From contig OY782781.1 of NCBI GenBank assembly GCA_963678315.1, forward strand, positions 1,664,001-1,728,000: 64,000 nucleotides of DNA. Reading direction: 5' to 3'. Origin of the DNA: Candidatus Cloacimonadales bacterium (GTDB lineage: Bacteria > Cloacimonadota > Cloacimonadia > Cloacimonadales > JAFGVF01). The position numbers were made by a program, and so were the translations under genes. This document shows positions 9,862-20,501 of the stretch, in pieces (the stretch's first letter is position 1; each line of letters begins with the position of its first letter). A model generated the notes under the pieces. It was not told the DNA's origin and did not search any database. It saw only the letters and a program-made list of their open reading frames with translations.

Positions 9862-12354
9862 ATGAAAAAGTCAATATTTATACTTTTGATGGTTATTTTT
9901 ACAGTAACTTCATCATTCGCTGCCTTTGTTGAAATCGGCAATGGTACAAGTAGCAATAGTCTATGTCCAACAAATGGTTACTTCCCTTATGGATGGTCTT
10001 CATTTGTTCTTACATCAGATCAAATTGGACAGGCTCTAGAGCTTGATGGTATAAAATTTAATGTAGCAAACGAGCCAGAATCTTTTGAGATGGCAAATCA
10101 AAAATTATATGTAAAAGCTGTTTCTTTATCAACAATAACAACAGCATATCCAGATCCAGAAAACAATGGTTTCCAACTTGTTTATGATGGTTCTATAATG
10201 TGGGATGGTGCAGGTTGGCAAGGTGTTGATTTTGCACAAGTATTCTCATATAATGGTACTTCAAACTTGCAATTTGTATGGGAAAATAGAAATGGAGCTG
10301 CTTATGATGAAGGATACCCTGAATTTAGATACACATCAAGTAATGCCCTAATTGGTGCTGAAAGATCTACTTCTTTCTCTGTATTTATTCCAGGTAATGA
10401 GATGTATAGTCATCCAAATGTGAGACTAAAATACAGTCTAACTGACGAACCTGAAGTAGCAACTTTAGTTTCTCCACAAAATGGTTCTGAATTTATTTCT
10501 ACATCAAGTGCTTTATTCTGGGAAATAGGTGAAAACACAACAGGTGTGGATGTTTACTTATCAGATTCATATTCAGCTGTTAACAACAATAATGCGACAG
10601 CAAGAGTTGTTGAAAATGGAATGGAAGAGACATATACTTTCTCTTTAACAGGTGGTACAATGTACTACTGGAAAGTTGTATCTAATAATAGTAACTCAGG
10701 TTTAGCTACAGAATCAGCAATCTGGTCATTCGCAACAGAAGTTGGACAAGTTCAATTACCTATAACTTACAATTTCAATGATGTTGTAGAAGATCAAGTT
10801 CCTTATGGATGGGATATGATTCATGAAACAGATGCTTCTTGGACTACAGTTGGAGCAGACTCTACTCATGGTTTGAACGATACTAATTGCTTAAGACTAT
10901 ATAACTCATCTGACCCAGATGGTATCTTTATGGCGATTGCTCCAGAAGTTAATGGTACAGGTGCACAAGTTAGATTTAAGGGAATGACAACTGTAGGTCA
11001 TGCAACAGATCTTAAAATAGGTACAATTAGTGATATTACTAATGCTGAGACTTTTGAATTAATTGAAACAGTAGAAATAACAAGTGACTGGACTGAATTA
11101 ACAGTTCCATTGAATCATGAGACAGCAAGAATCGCTTTCTTACACGGATTAAGTGATATTTATACTGCTATATATTTAGAAGATGTTACTTTTGAGCTTG
11201 GAGAAGGCTTAGAGCTTCCTTATGTTCAAGATTTATCTCCTATCGTTATTGGCACAGAAGTGGTTTTATCTTGGACAGATCCTTCAAATGATACTTATAC
11301 AGCTAGTGGCTATAAAGTGTATCGTGATGGCCAATTCCTAGAAGAAGTTACTACATTATCATATACAGATTCTAATGTTCCTTATGGTGACCATGAATAT
11401 TACGTTACCGCAATGTTTGGAGAAGATGAATCTCGTCAATCTAACCTTGTTGAAGTTACAATTGAGCTTACTACAGGTCAAGAAATTATTGTTGATTCTT
11501 TCGAAGATTATGAAGACTTCTCATTAGACTTTGGGGATTGGACTTTAGTTGATAATGACTTGTCAATTACCTACGGTTTTGGTACAAGTGCTACTTTCAC
11601 AAACATGAATGCTCAAATGGCATACATTGTCTTTAATCCACTGAATGTTGTTCCTGCTATTGAAGATGATGAAACATTCTTACCTCATACAGGTGATAAA
11701 TATTTAGCTTCATTTGCTTCAGAAACACCTACAAACGATGATTGGTTAATCACACCAACATTCTCAATTGGTACTTCTGGTTTAGTAGACTTCTGGGCAA
11801 AATCACAAACAGGCCAATATGGTCTTGAAAGATTCAATGTTCTTGTTTCTAATGGTTCAACTGATATTGCAGACTTTACTGTGATTTCAGGTGATACTTA
11901 TGTTGAAGCTCCTCTAGAATGGACTAACTTTGTTTATGATTTATCAGCTTATGCAAATGAAACTATTAGAGTAGCGATTCAATGTGTTTCAGACGATGCT
12001 TTCATCTTTATGATTGATGACTTCACTGTTCTAGGTCAAGATGGTACAGATATTGAAGATAACAATTCAGAACTTGTAACAACTTCATTGAAAGGTAACT
12101 ATCCAAATCCATTCAATCCAGAAACAACAATTTCTTTTGAGGTTAAAGAAGCTGGTAAGCTCTCTCTAGATATCTACAATATCAAAGGTCAAAAAGTTAA
12201 AACTCTTATCAATGGCAACAAAGGTGTGGGAAATCACTCAGTTGTATGGAATGGAAGAAATGATAAGAATGAAAATGTAGCATCTGGTGTTTATTTCTAC
12301 AAATTAACATCAGGAGATTACTCTGAAGCGAAGAAAATGATTTTAATGAAATAG
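9862..12354 (+). CDS. Secreted adhesin-like protein: Fn3, cleaved-adhesin/choice-of-anchor J domain, FlgD/T9SS-type CTD
   Basis: Signal peptide; DSFEDYEDF..WTLVDND..NDDWLITP..FWAKS..IRVAIQCVSDDAF; NYPNPFNPETTISF..KKMILMK. Confidence 0.85.
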   Translation: MKKSIFILLMVIFTVTSSFAAFVEIGNGTSSNSLCPTNGYFPYGWSSFVLTSDQIGQALELDGIKFNVANEPESFEMANQKLYVKAVSLSTITTAYPDPENNGFQLVYDGSIMWDGAGWQGVDFAQVFSYNGTSNLQFVWENRNGAAYDEGYPEFRYTSSNALIGAERSTSFSVFIPGNEMYSHPNVRLKYSLTDEPEVATLVSPQNGSEFISTSSALFWEIGENTTGVDVYLSDSYSAVNNNNATARVVENGMEETYTFSLTGGTMYYWKVVSNNSNSGLATESAIWSFATEVGQVQLPITYNFNDVVEDQVPYGWDMIHETDASWTTVGADSTHGLNDTNCLRLYNSSDPDGIFMAIAPEVNGTGAQVRFKGMTTVGHATDLKIGTISDITNAETFELIETVEITSDWTELTVPLNHETARIAFLHGLSDIYTAIYLEDVTFELGEGLELPYVQDLSPIVIGTEVVLSWTDPSNDTYTASGYKVYRDGQFLEEVTTLSYTDSNVPYGDHEYYVTAMFGEDESRQSNLVEVTIELTTGQEIIVDSFEDYEDFSLDFGDWTLVDNDLSITYGFGTSATFTNMNAQMAYIVFNPLNVVPAIEDDETFLPHTGDKYLASFASETPTNDDWLITPTFSIGTSGLVDFWAKSQTGQYGLERFNVLVSNGSTDIADFTVISGDTYVEAPLEWTNFVYDLSAYANETIRVAIQCVSDDAFIFMIDDFTVLGQDGTDIEDNNSELVTTSLKGNYPNPFNPETTISFEVKEAGKLSLDIYNIKGQKVKTLINGNKGVGNHSVVWNGRNDKNENVASGVYFYKLTSGDYSEAKKMILMK

Positions 12355-12402
12355 GAAAATATGAACTGCTTGTAAAAAGTTATCATATAAAGATATAAAA
12401 AT

Positions 12403-12432
12403 AAGGCACGATTATTGAAATCGTGCCTTTTT
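12403..12432. terminator. Bidirectional intrinsic terminator
   Basis: AAGGCACGATT..AATCGTGCCTTTTT between convergent genes. Confidence 0.8.
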
Positions 12433-12451
12433 ATCTAGTTGAAATATTTAT

Positions 12452-13387
12452 TTAGAATTCTACTTCAAGTCTAAGAACAACTTCTTCAGTTACTTCTTCT
12501 TGGTAATCTTTTTCATTATAGTAGTTTAGTTTTAAAGAAGAAACAGCTTCTTCACTTTCAAAGATTTTGTAAGCTACGAATCCACCGATTAAGCTTTCTC
12601 CAAAGTCTTCATTTTCTTCAAGCTCTTTAGTTTGGTCGAACTTAGCAGCAAAAGATAAATTCTCGTTGAAATAATAAGCAAGTTCAATGTGATATGCTTC
12701 AGGTTGACTTTCATCTTCCATCTTCTCAATTGTTCTAACATACTCACCAGTAAGATTGAAATCTGACATACTTAGATCAGCACTAAGACTTACAGCTCCA
12801 ATTTCTTCATCTAATAATGAATTCATATATTTAGCACTTAAAGTACCTTCAATATTCTCAATAGTGACATCTTTATGGAAGCCAGCTACGAAAGCATTAA
12901 TATCTGTGTTTTTGTTACCTTCAAGTTCTGTTTTGTAAGTAGCACAGAAAATATTGAAATCATATAAGTTAAAATCAGCTTTAACAGCAGTATTCCAAAG
13001 TGTAGCTAAGTTGTATGAATAACTGTAGTTAGAAAAATTGCTATTGTCCTCAACGGAAGGAAGATACATTTTACCTGCAGTAATAGATAAATCGTAGTCT
13101 TCAAGTAGTTGGATTGTAGCATAAGCTTCATCTATTTCAAAACTAGCGTAATCTTCTTCATAGTAAAGAGCAATATAAGCTTGAAGTTTCTCAAGAGGAC
13201 TTGCAGTAACATAAAGTTCTAAATCACTAAGATCTAGGTTTGTTTCTTCTTCTGTTTGATCTCCATTAGAATATGAGAAATCAGTTGCTAAGAATCCATT
13301 AAATTCTAGGTTGTTAAAACTAACAGCATTAAGACTACAAGTTAAAACAATTAATAAAAACAATAAAACATAATTTTTGCATTTCAT
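12452..13387 (-). CDS. Outer-membrane beta-barrel porin (LbtU-like)
   Basis: Signal peptide, LYYEED..IDEAY..AGKMYLP motif, amphipathic strands, terminal F. Confidence 0.65.
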   Translation of the reverse strand: MKCKNYVLLFLLIVLTCSLNAVSFNNLEFNGFLATDFSYSNGDQTEEETNLDLSDLELYVTASPLEKLQAYIALYYEEDYASFEIDEAYATIQLLEDYDLSITAGKMYLPSVEDNSNFSNYSYSYNLATLWNTAVKADFNLYDFNIFCATYKTELEGNKNTDINAFVAGFHKDVTIENIEGTLSAKYMNSLLDEEIGAVSLSADLSMSDFNLTGEYVRTIEKMEDESQPEAYHIELAYYFNENLSFAAKFDQTKELEENEDFGESLIGGFVAYKIFESEEAVSSLKLNYYNEKDYQEEVTEEVVLRLEVEF

Positions 13388-13528
13388 AGCATACTCCTAA
13401 AAAATTTGATAGCCTAATTTCCTAAACCACTATTTCTAGGCAATAAATAAATTAACAATAGTGAAAAAAAAAGAGCCAGGTTAATCTAGCTCTTAAATAT
13501 TAGCAAATTTAGCTGTATTTGTTTAGTG

Positions 13529-14014
13529 TTAAACTGATGTTTTAATACTATCCACAAGCTTATTGAGTGCTTGATCTGCTAGCTCTTTATTACTCAATGG
13601 CTCTCTCATCTCAACTGTATGAATGGCTTCACAGTGAGCGAATAGTTCTTTAAACTTATCAATAGTATGACCTGTATTCCCTTGATGAGTACATGTGTAA
13701 ATCATCTTTTGACCGCTTTTGATAGTATTCTCTGATGCAAAGGTTCTGATAGCTGGGGCATAGGTTAAAGCCCAAACAGGTGTTCCAAATATTATTACAT
13801 CATACTTGTCAGCATCGAATGTGTATGGCTTTAGTTGAGGCTTTGCACCTCGAATAGATTCCATTCCACCTTTAAAAATTACTTTGAAAGTTGATTTGGT
13901 ATACTCTTCAACAGTTTCAAGCTTCAAAACATCACAATTAATCTTCTTTTTCAATTCACTCGCTAAATAATCATTGTTCCCTGAGTAGGAAAAATATATA
14001 AAAATTGACTTCAT
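13529..14014 (-). CDS. Flavodoxin family protein
   Basis: YFSYSGNN, IIFGTPVWA, CTHQG motifs. Confidence 0.85.
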   Translation of the reverse strand: MKSIFIYFSYSGNNDYLASELKKKINCDVLKLETVEEYTKSTFKVIFKGGMESIRGAKPQLKPYTFDADKYDVIIFGTPVWALTYAPAIRTFASENTIKSGQKMIYTCTHQGNTGHTIDKFKELFAHCEAIHTVEMREPLSNKELADQALNKLVDSIKTSV

Positions 14015-14017
14015 TTA

Positions 14018-14866
14018 TTACCTCAATCGTTGTCTAAAAACATAATATTTATGATGTGCCCAAATAGCTTTAAAGCAATCTGGAGCTATCTTTTCTAACC
14101 AATAATAATTCATCATCTTACTAGCAAAGTCTTTATCTTTGTCTTGCCAGTAATCAAGGACAGTTAACGGCTCCTTATCTTCATTAACCGGCTGATTCTT
14201 TACTAAGAAACCTAAGCCTAGTTTCTTGAGGAAGTCTTCTTTAGCCATGCCAATATCTGGCCATGGGGGACAGTCAAAATAACCATTTGAAATCTTCTTC
14301 CAGCCTAAGTCATTCATGACCTTGATAAAGTTTCTAGGGATGATATTCTCTTCTTTTAAGTACTTGTTTAAATCTTCTTTGCCTAAATACTTTTGACTTA
14401 AATAGCCAAGTCCAGATCTATTAGGAACTGCAAGAATTACAACTTTACTAGTTACACGGGTTAACTCTTTTAAGAATTGCTTTAGATCATTAACAAACCA
14501 TAAGGCTGAGAAGTTCCAAGACATATCAAAAGAATTATCTTCAAAGGGAATACTTGAATATTTCTCTAAATAGACTAGTTTAGCTTCTAGATTGGACTCT
14601 TGCCATACTCTATTGATTAAATCAAGACGTTCTTGATCATGGTCAACTAAAGATACTTTCATGCCCTCGTAGGCTAGTCCCATGGAGTTTATACCAGATG
14701 TTCCAGTAAATCCAAATGAAGGAACTTCTAATACACTTTTAACACCATACTTATTAGCTATCTCTAGTATTTTATTATGTATAATTATACGTTCATAGCT
14801 TGAACCTAGACCTTCATCAGGATTATCATAATATTTCTTCCAAAAGTTGATTATTGGGATAGCCAT
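14018..14866 (-). CDS. Class I SAM-dependent methyltransferase-like protein
   Basis: VSLVD, IPFEDNSFD, LKELTRVT..AVPN; glycine-rich motif atypical. Confidence 0.7.
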   Translation of the reverse strand: MAIPIINFWKKYYDNPDEGLGSSYERIIIHNKILEIANKYGVKSVLEVPSFGFTGTSGINSMGLAYEGMKVSLVDHDQERLDLINRVWQESNLEAKLVYLEKYSSIPFEDNSFDMSWNFSALWFVNDLKQFLKELTRVTSKVVILAVPNRSGLGYLSQKYLGKEDLNKYLKEENIIPRNFIKVMNDLGWKKISNGYFDCPPWPDIGMAKEDFLKKLGLGFLVKNQPVNEDKEPLTVLDYWQDKDKDFASKMMNYYWLEKIAPDCFKAIWAHHKYYVFRQRLR

Positions 14867-15841
14867 TTATCTTACCTCTTTATACCAGTTAATGACGCTA
14901 TCAAATTTATCAAGGCTATCTACTTGTTCAATGTCAAGGCTTTCATAAGTGTTTTCTACCTGGTAATACCAAGATCTTGAAATAAGCTCAAAACGTGAAA
15001 CAAAAAGCTCATTCTTAAGCATTCTGGAAACAGATTCACCAATTCTGAAGAGGAATGTAGGAACAATTCTAGTCTTAGGAAGATCTTGTTTCTTCAGCTT
15101 TCTTGAAATATAATTAGATAGTTGAAGTAAGTTTACAGGCTTCTTATCTGCTACAATGAAATTACTTCCATCATGCTTATTCTCATTTACAAGTAAAGAG
15201 AATGCTTGAGCTAATACTTGAACATTGGTTAAATGTATCAATACTTGGCTAGAAGGTAAAATCATCATGCCCTTATCTATTAGCTTGCACAGTGTATAAG
15301 GGAAACCGTAATCTCCTTCCCCGTAAGTTATAGCAGGCCTAACAATGACAGCATTTAGCCCTTTAAGTCTTAATTCCTCAATGCTCTCTTCTGCTTTAAT
15401 TTTAGTGAAGTGATAGTAGTTATCTTCTTTTCTAGGAGTAGAATCATCAGCAGGAAGACTTTTGGGTATAGCTCCAAAAACTCCGACAGAAGAACAGAAT
15501 ATTAATCTAGAATTATTGTTTAGGCAATAGTTGGCTATGATATTGCTAGCTTCTACGTTAGCAAGGTAATACTTGTCTTTGTGGTCAGGACGTCCACCAC
15601 GTAATGCCCCAATATGTAGAACTAGGTCGAACTCTTTATCTTGAATCCATTTACTTAATGTGCTTACATCACAGAGGTCAATTTCTATGAAGTTAACATC
15701 ATCAATAAATTCTTTAATTCTCTCTTTATCTGTATTAGGTCTTATCAAAGCAGTTATTTTATGCTGTCCCTTCTTGATAAGTTCACGTGCTGTGTGTTTT
15801 CCTACAAAGCCACTGATGCCTGTAATCAATATATTTGCCAT
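14867..15841 (-). CDS. NAD-dependent epimerase/dehydratase
   Basis: ILITGISGFVG, SSVGVFG, YHFTK (YxxxK), RPAITYG. Confidence 0.88.
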   Translation of the reverse strand: MANILITGISGFVGKHTARELIKKGQHKITALIRPNTDKERIKEFIDDVNFIEIDLCDVSTLSKWIQDKEFDLVLHIGALRGGRPDHKDKYYLANVEASNIIANYCLNNNSRLIFCSSVGVFGAIPKSLPADDSTPRKEDNYYHFTKIKAEESIEELRLKGLNAVIVRPAITYGEGDYGFPYTLCKLIDKGMMILPSSQVLIHLTNVQVLAQAFSLLVNENKHDGSNFIVADKKPVNLLQLSNYISRKLKKQDLPKTRIVPTFLFRIGESVSRMLKNELFVSRFELISRSWYYQVENTYESLDIEQVDSLDKFDSVINWYKEVR

Positions 15842-15991
15842 TAAAACTCCTAGTTGATCTAAGATTATTCATCATATCTCTTATATTTAATAAATTTGAT
15901 TTAGGAGCTAATTATAGTCAAGTAAAAACAAGATAAAAAAAGAGCTTTGAATGTGTCAAAGCTCTAATGAGTAAGTTTAATATTATTATTT

Positions 15992-16154
15992 TCCCATTTG
16001 ATTTAGTAGGCTTCTCGTGAAGAGTGCAGATTTTTTCAGCAAAATATGTTACAGAATTGAAGTTCGAATAATATATATTCTAGCTGAGATTATGGAACTT
16101 ATTCTTGCATAAAAATATAGTACTATTCTAGAAGTTCTACTGTATTAGATGGGT
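15992..16154. mobile_element. 163-bp MITE, degenerate copy
   Basis: Colinear with copies at 39328 and 53087; followed by TTA. Confidence 0.75.
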
Positions 16155-16442
16155 TTATAGTAAGTTCGCCTTGTAAATGGTCATATTTTTACTAATACAC
16201 CATTGTTTTGAATTAGAGAAGTAAGCTCTCATCTCTTGAGTAGTTAGATGATTATCCAGAGCTTTTTTATTTGTCCATTTACCAATAATATAGAAAGTGT
16301 TGTTACTTGAATAGTCTCGGTTTAACTGATATTCAAGACAGCTATTTTCTTTTACCAAATTCTCAGAAACTTCAGAAAAGAAGTTAACAAAATCATCAGC
16401 ATGTTGATCCTTGACAACAGATTTTAAAGTTAAAATAATCAT
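16155..16442 (-). CDS. Antibiotic biosynthesis monooxygenase (ABM/YgiN-like) protein
   Basis: E..CLEYQL..F.IIGKW..ALDNHL pattern, 95 aa. Confidence 0.75.
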   Translation of the reverse strand: MIILTLKSVVKDQHADDFVNFFSEVSENLVKENSCLEYQLNRDYSSNNTFYIIGKWTNKKALDNHLTTQEMRAYFSNSKQWCISKNMTIYKANLL

Positions 16443-16812
16443 CTTTACTCCTTTTGAATTTAAGTTCTCTTCAACAGAAAACTAATCAATTCAATCTTTA
16501 TATCTTATAAGTCAAATCTACGCATTCTAAATAAGCTGTCAATATAAATCGATAAAAAAATATTAATTTAATTAATTGCCTGTATCTGAATAAATAGAAA
16601 GATTGATATTATAATACCATTAAATATATGATAAATAATGTTTAAAAGATATTAAACTTGTATTATGTTTATATTACTAAAACGATAAATAAATATCTTT
16701 ATATTTATTGTGTTTTCCATATTTTATCCAACAATCACTTTAACTCCATATTTTCATAGACATTTTTTAGCTAAAGCCTATATATTGTAAAAATAGAATT
16801 TTAGGAGTATAT

Positions 16813-17892
16813 ATGTTAAGAAATCTTGTAGCCATATTTGCTTTATTAGTGGTAGGTATCTTGTCAGCTTTTCCTGTACCACAACTAGACTTTAATCCTA
16901 AACAATACCAGTGTTTTAGAACAGAAGAAGAGATTATTATTGATGGACGAAACTTAGAAGATGTCTGGTTGGATGCTGCGTGGACAGATGAATTTGTTGA
17001 TATTGAGGGAGATTTGAAGCCTTTACCAAGTTTTACTACCAGAGTTAAAATGCTTTGGGATGATAAATATTTTTACTTCTATGCTGAACTTGAAGATCCT
17101 AATGTATGGGCAACATTAACTGAAAGGGATGCTGTTATTTTTCATGATAATGATTTCGAAATATTCATTGATCCTGATGGTGATACCCACAATTATTATG
17201 AGTATGAAGTTAATGCTTTTAACACAGTTTGGGATTTACTATTATTGAATCCTTATCGTGATAATGGACAGGTAGCTATTGATTCTTGGGATATAACAGG
17301 CTTAAAATCTGCAGTTTATGTTGATGGAACTATCAATGATCATGTTACTTGGGATAAAGGTTGGAGTGTTGAAGTGGCTATTCCTTGGAAAGTACTAGAA
17401 GAATGCTCAGATTTACCAGCTCCACCCAAAGATAAAGATTATTGGAGAGTTAACTTTTCAAGAGTCCATCATGACACTAAAATCGAAGACAGCAAATATG
17501 TAAAATTAGATAAGCCTGAATACAATTGGGTATGGTCTCCTCAAGGTCTAATTGCTATGCACTATCCTGAAATGTGGGGTTTTGTTCAATTCAGTACTCA
17601 GTTAGCTGGAAGTAAAGTCGAGAACTTTAAGATTCCTGAAGAAGAGCAAGTTAAAATGAACTTGAGATATATCTATTATGCTCAAAAAGTCTATTATGAA
17701 AAGCATAATAAATGGGCAAGCTCACTAAGTAAACTTGAATATAAGCTCAAAGATATAGCAGGCTGGAAGTCTCCAAAACTATATAATGCTGGTCAACTTT
17801 ATCAAGTTTCTATAATGTCTAAAGATAAGAAGATAGTATGGTCAATCGACAATATGGGTCATACTTGGAAGACAGACTTAGAGGAAAACTAA
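16813..17892 (+). CDS. Secreted CBM9-like carbohydrate-binding domain protein
   Basis: Signal peptide; IIIDG..W, TRVKMLWD, HDNDFEIFIDPDGD, WSVEVAIPW, WRVNFSRV, MHYPEMWG. Confidence 0.8.
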   Translation: MLRNLVAIFALLVVGILSAFPVPQLDFNPKQYQCFRTEEEIIIDGRNLEDVWLDAAWTDEFVDIEGDLKPLPSFTTRVKMLWDDKYFYFYAELEDPNVWATLTERDAVIFHDNDFEIFIDPDGDTHNYYEYEVNAFNTVWDLLLLNPYRDNGQVAIDSWDITGLKSAVYVDGTINDHVTWDKGWSVEVAIPWKVLEECSDLPAPPKDKDYWRVNFSRVHHDTKIEDSKYVKLDKPEYNWVWSPQGLIAMHYPEMWGFVQFSTQLAGSKVENFKIPEEEQVKMNLRYIYYAQKVYYEKHNKWASSLSKLEYKLKDIAGWKSPKLYNAGQLYQVSIMSKDKKIVWSIDNMGHTWKTDLEEN

Positions 17893-17894
17893 TT

Positions 17895-19007
17895 ATGAAA
17901 GCAATGTCATGGAGAGGAGTTCACCTAGATGTAAGTAGACACTTTTTTGATAAAGAGTTCATTAAAGAATTCATCAATGTCTTATCTATGCTTGATTTTA
18001 ATAAATTCCACTGGCATCTTTGCGATGATCAAGGCTGGAGATTAGAAATATTAAAATATCCTAAGTTAACAGAGATTTCTGCATATAGAAAGAAAGCTGA
18101 TAACATGATGTATGGCGGATTCTACACTCAAGAGGATGTAAAAGAAATAGTTAAATATGCTTCAGCTAGAAATATTGAGGTGATTCCTGAAATAGAATTA
18201 CCTGGTCATGCTCAAGCAGTGCTTGCTGCCTATCCAGAATTGTCATGTAAGCAAGAAAAGCTAGAAGTGTGGAATGAATGGGGGATATCTAAGCATGTTT
18301 ATTGTGCTGGCAAAGAGGCTAGTTTTGACTTTTTACAAGACGTATTAGATGAAGTTTTTGAGCTTTTTCCAGGACAGTATATCCATATAGGTGGAGATGA
18401 ATGTTTAAAAGAACACTGGAAGACCTGTCCTGATTGTCAAAAGAGAATGAAAGAGCTCGGTTTTAAGAATGAAGAACAATTGCAATCTTATTTCGTGAAG
18501 AGAATAGGCCGATATATTCATCAGCATGGAAAGCAAGTGATTGGCTGGAATGAGATAATGGAGGGGGATCTTGATTTCCCAGCAATTATCATGGCATGGC
18601 AGGGTAATGAAGCAGGTAAGAAAGCAATTGAGAAAGGCTTCAAAGTAATTCAAACACCTAACCCATATCTTTACCTAGATTGGTATCAAACTTCTAGATC
18701 AAATGAAAAAGGCTATTTTGGAGTTACAACAACTAAAGATGTTTTTGATTATTGTCCTTATATTGATGAATGTACAGATGAGCAGAATAGCTTGATTATT
18801 GGTTCGCAAGCTAATATCTGGACAGAACGTATTGCTACTCCTGAAGAAGTGTGGTATATGGCTTTACCAAGGTTGATTGCACTTTCTGAAAGTCAGCATG
18901 GAAATTCAGATTGGCAAAACTTCCTAAATCGATTACCTTCAATATTACGAGAGCTAGCTTTACCTATAGACGTTGAAAGAATTCTTGCAAGAGCACAGAT
19001 GAGTTAG
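17895..19007 (+). CDS. GH20 beta-N-acetylhexosaminidase
   Basis: WRGVHLDVSRHF, FHWHLCDDQGWR, PEIELPGH, HIGGDE catalytic motif. Confidence 0.92.
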   Translation: MKAMSWRGVHLDVSRHFFDKEFIKEFINVLSMLDFNKFHWHLCDDQGWRLEILKYPKLTEISAYRKKADNMMYGGFYTQEDVKEIVKYASARNIEVIPEIELPGHAQAVLAAYPELSCKQEKLEVWNEWGISKHVYCAGKEASFDFLQDVLDEVFELFPGQYIHIGGDECLKEHWKTCPDCQKRMKELGFKNEEQLQSYFVKRIGRYIHQHGKQVIGWNEIMEGDLDFPAIIMAWQGNEAGKKAIEKGFKVIQTPNPYLYLDWYQTSRSNEKGYFGVTTTKDVFDYCPYIDECTDEQNSLIIGSQANIWTERIATPEEVWYMALPRLIALSESQHGNSDWQNFLNRLPSILRELALPIDVERILARAQMS

Positions 19008-19009
19008 TA

Positions 19010-19186
19010 ATGAAGATTCCTAAAAGTATCAAGATTGTTCTAGGATATTTGTCGGTAATAGTAATTGCCTATACTTTATATACTGATTTACCTCGAATTC
19101 ATCTTTCTTATAGATACATTGTGTTGATAATTGGATCAATAATAAGCTTTGTAATTTACTTTTTAAGGCTAAGAGATAAGCACTAA
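19010..19186 (+). CDS. Small membrane protein, 58 aa, two hydrophobic segments (not in ORF track)
   Basis: MKIPKSIKIVLGYLSVIVIAYTLYTDLPRIHLSYRYIVLIIGSIISFVIYFLRLRDKH; starts 2 nt after GH20 stop. Confidence 0.55.
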   Translation: MKIPKSIKIVLGYLSVIVIAYTLYTDLPRIHLSYRYIVLIIGSIISFVIYFLRLRDKH

Positions 19187-19314
19187 TTTTAGTGAGAAAA
19201 GAAAGATCTTAGAATTATTTAAAAAAAAGTGAAGGGATTTTCTTAAGGTCAGTCTTATAGGTTGAAGAATGAAAGTTCTTAAATAAAAAATATAACCTTA
19301 ACCAGGAGATAAAA

Positions 19315-19845
19315 ATGATTAAGAAAACACTTATTACACTTGGACTTATTGCCCTTTTAGTAGGAACACTAGTTGCACAACCTATGATGAATGGAAGAAA
19401 TCGAAACATGGCAGATAACTGTGATAATAATGGAAAACAATTTAGAATGGAACAAGGAAGAATGGGACATCATCAAGCTAAAGGTGACCACAGACAACAT
19501 CACAGAAAAGGTGATGGCTTACATGTTGGAATGATGATTATCCATAATGCTGAAGAACTTGAACTTAAAGATAGTCAAATCGAAGATATAAAAGATATTG
19601 CTTCTACTTTCCATAAACTTGCTAATGTTACTAAAGCTGAATTAGAAAATCTACGTATCGATAAAAGAGAAGCTATGATGAATAAGAACTATTCTGAAGC
19701 TAAGAAAGTTACTAAAGCTATCTTCTCTAAAAAAGAAGAGTTAGAACTAAAAGAAATTGATGCAAAGAAAGATATCATGGATGTTCTTACTGAAACACAA
19801 CAAGAAAAATTCGAAACTCTATGTAAAAAAGGACCTAGGAAATAA
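19315..19845 (+). CDS. Spy/CpxP-like periplasmic helical protein
   Basis: Signal peptide, Met/His/Gly-rich linker, ELELKDSQ and VLTETQQEKF (LTxxQ) motifs. Confidence 0.7.
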   Translation: MIKKTLITLGLIALLVGTLVAQPMMNGRNRNMADNCDNNGKQFRMEQGRMGHHQAKGDHRQHHRKGDGLHVGMMIIHNAEELELKDSQIEDIKDIASTFHKLANVTKAELENLRIDKREAMMNKNYSEAKKVTKAIFSKKEELELKEIDAKKDIMDVLTETQQEKFETLCKKGPRK

Positions 19846-20501
19846 TTTAACAACAAAACTAGAAAAGCAGTAAGATTCTTTCTTATGCTACCTCAAGAGA
19901 CCTTGCAAAAGGTCTCTTTCCTTTTTCGTGGAATAAGTAGGCTTCAGCTTTAGTCTGTCACTATTCCCTTGCTAACTAAAGCAAATTTAAATGAAAATAA
20001 TTTACCAATACTTAATGAAACTTTCTTACCTCCTGCATAAAATTGATGTTTAATGCAGGAGGCTCTTTGGTAAAAGTTAATTTTCACTTAAATTTCACTT
20101 AATTTTTGTGCTAGTATTTTCTTAATAGATTCAAGTAAACTATAAGCGAAATAAACATTTGAAAACAAAGCAAAAAAAACAGTCTTGTCCTAGTTTGCCC
20201 CAGATGATGTATTAGCTTTAAAGAAGGTTAAAATATACATTCATGTCAACACTCCTAGCTCTCTTTACAAGCTAAATTAGAAATATTCTTAATACATATA
20301 AATCTTAATTTCTATAATATTATATCTGTCTAATTTGAACAGGAGCTCTGCTTACTTTTCTTTACTAGTATATAGGGCATTTAATTTAAATTAACTTTAA
20401 CTTGACTAATATATCTAGGCAACTATAATTCAGTAATTATTGGTAAATCTATAGGGATTATTGCTTATTGTTATCGATAAGAACTGCAATATAGGAGTAA
20501 A

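Noticed and set aside
20199..20215. CCCAGATGATGTATTAG, matching the MITE left end, upstream of hsdM
   Set aside because: Only 17 bp match with no recognisable interior or right TIR; at most a relic
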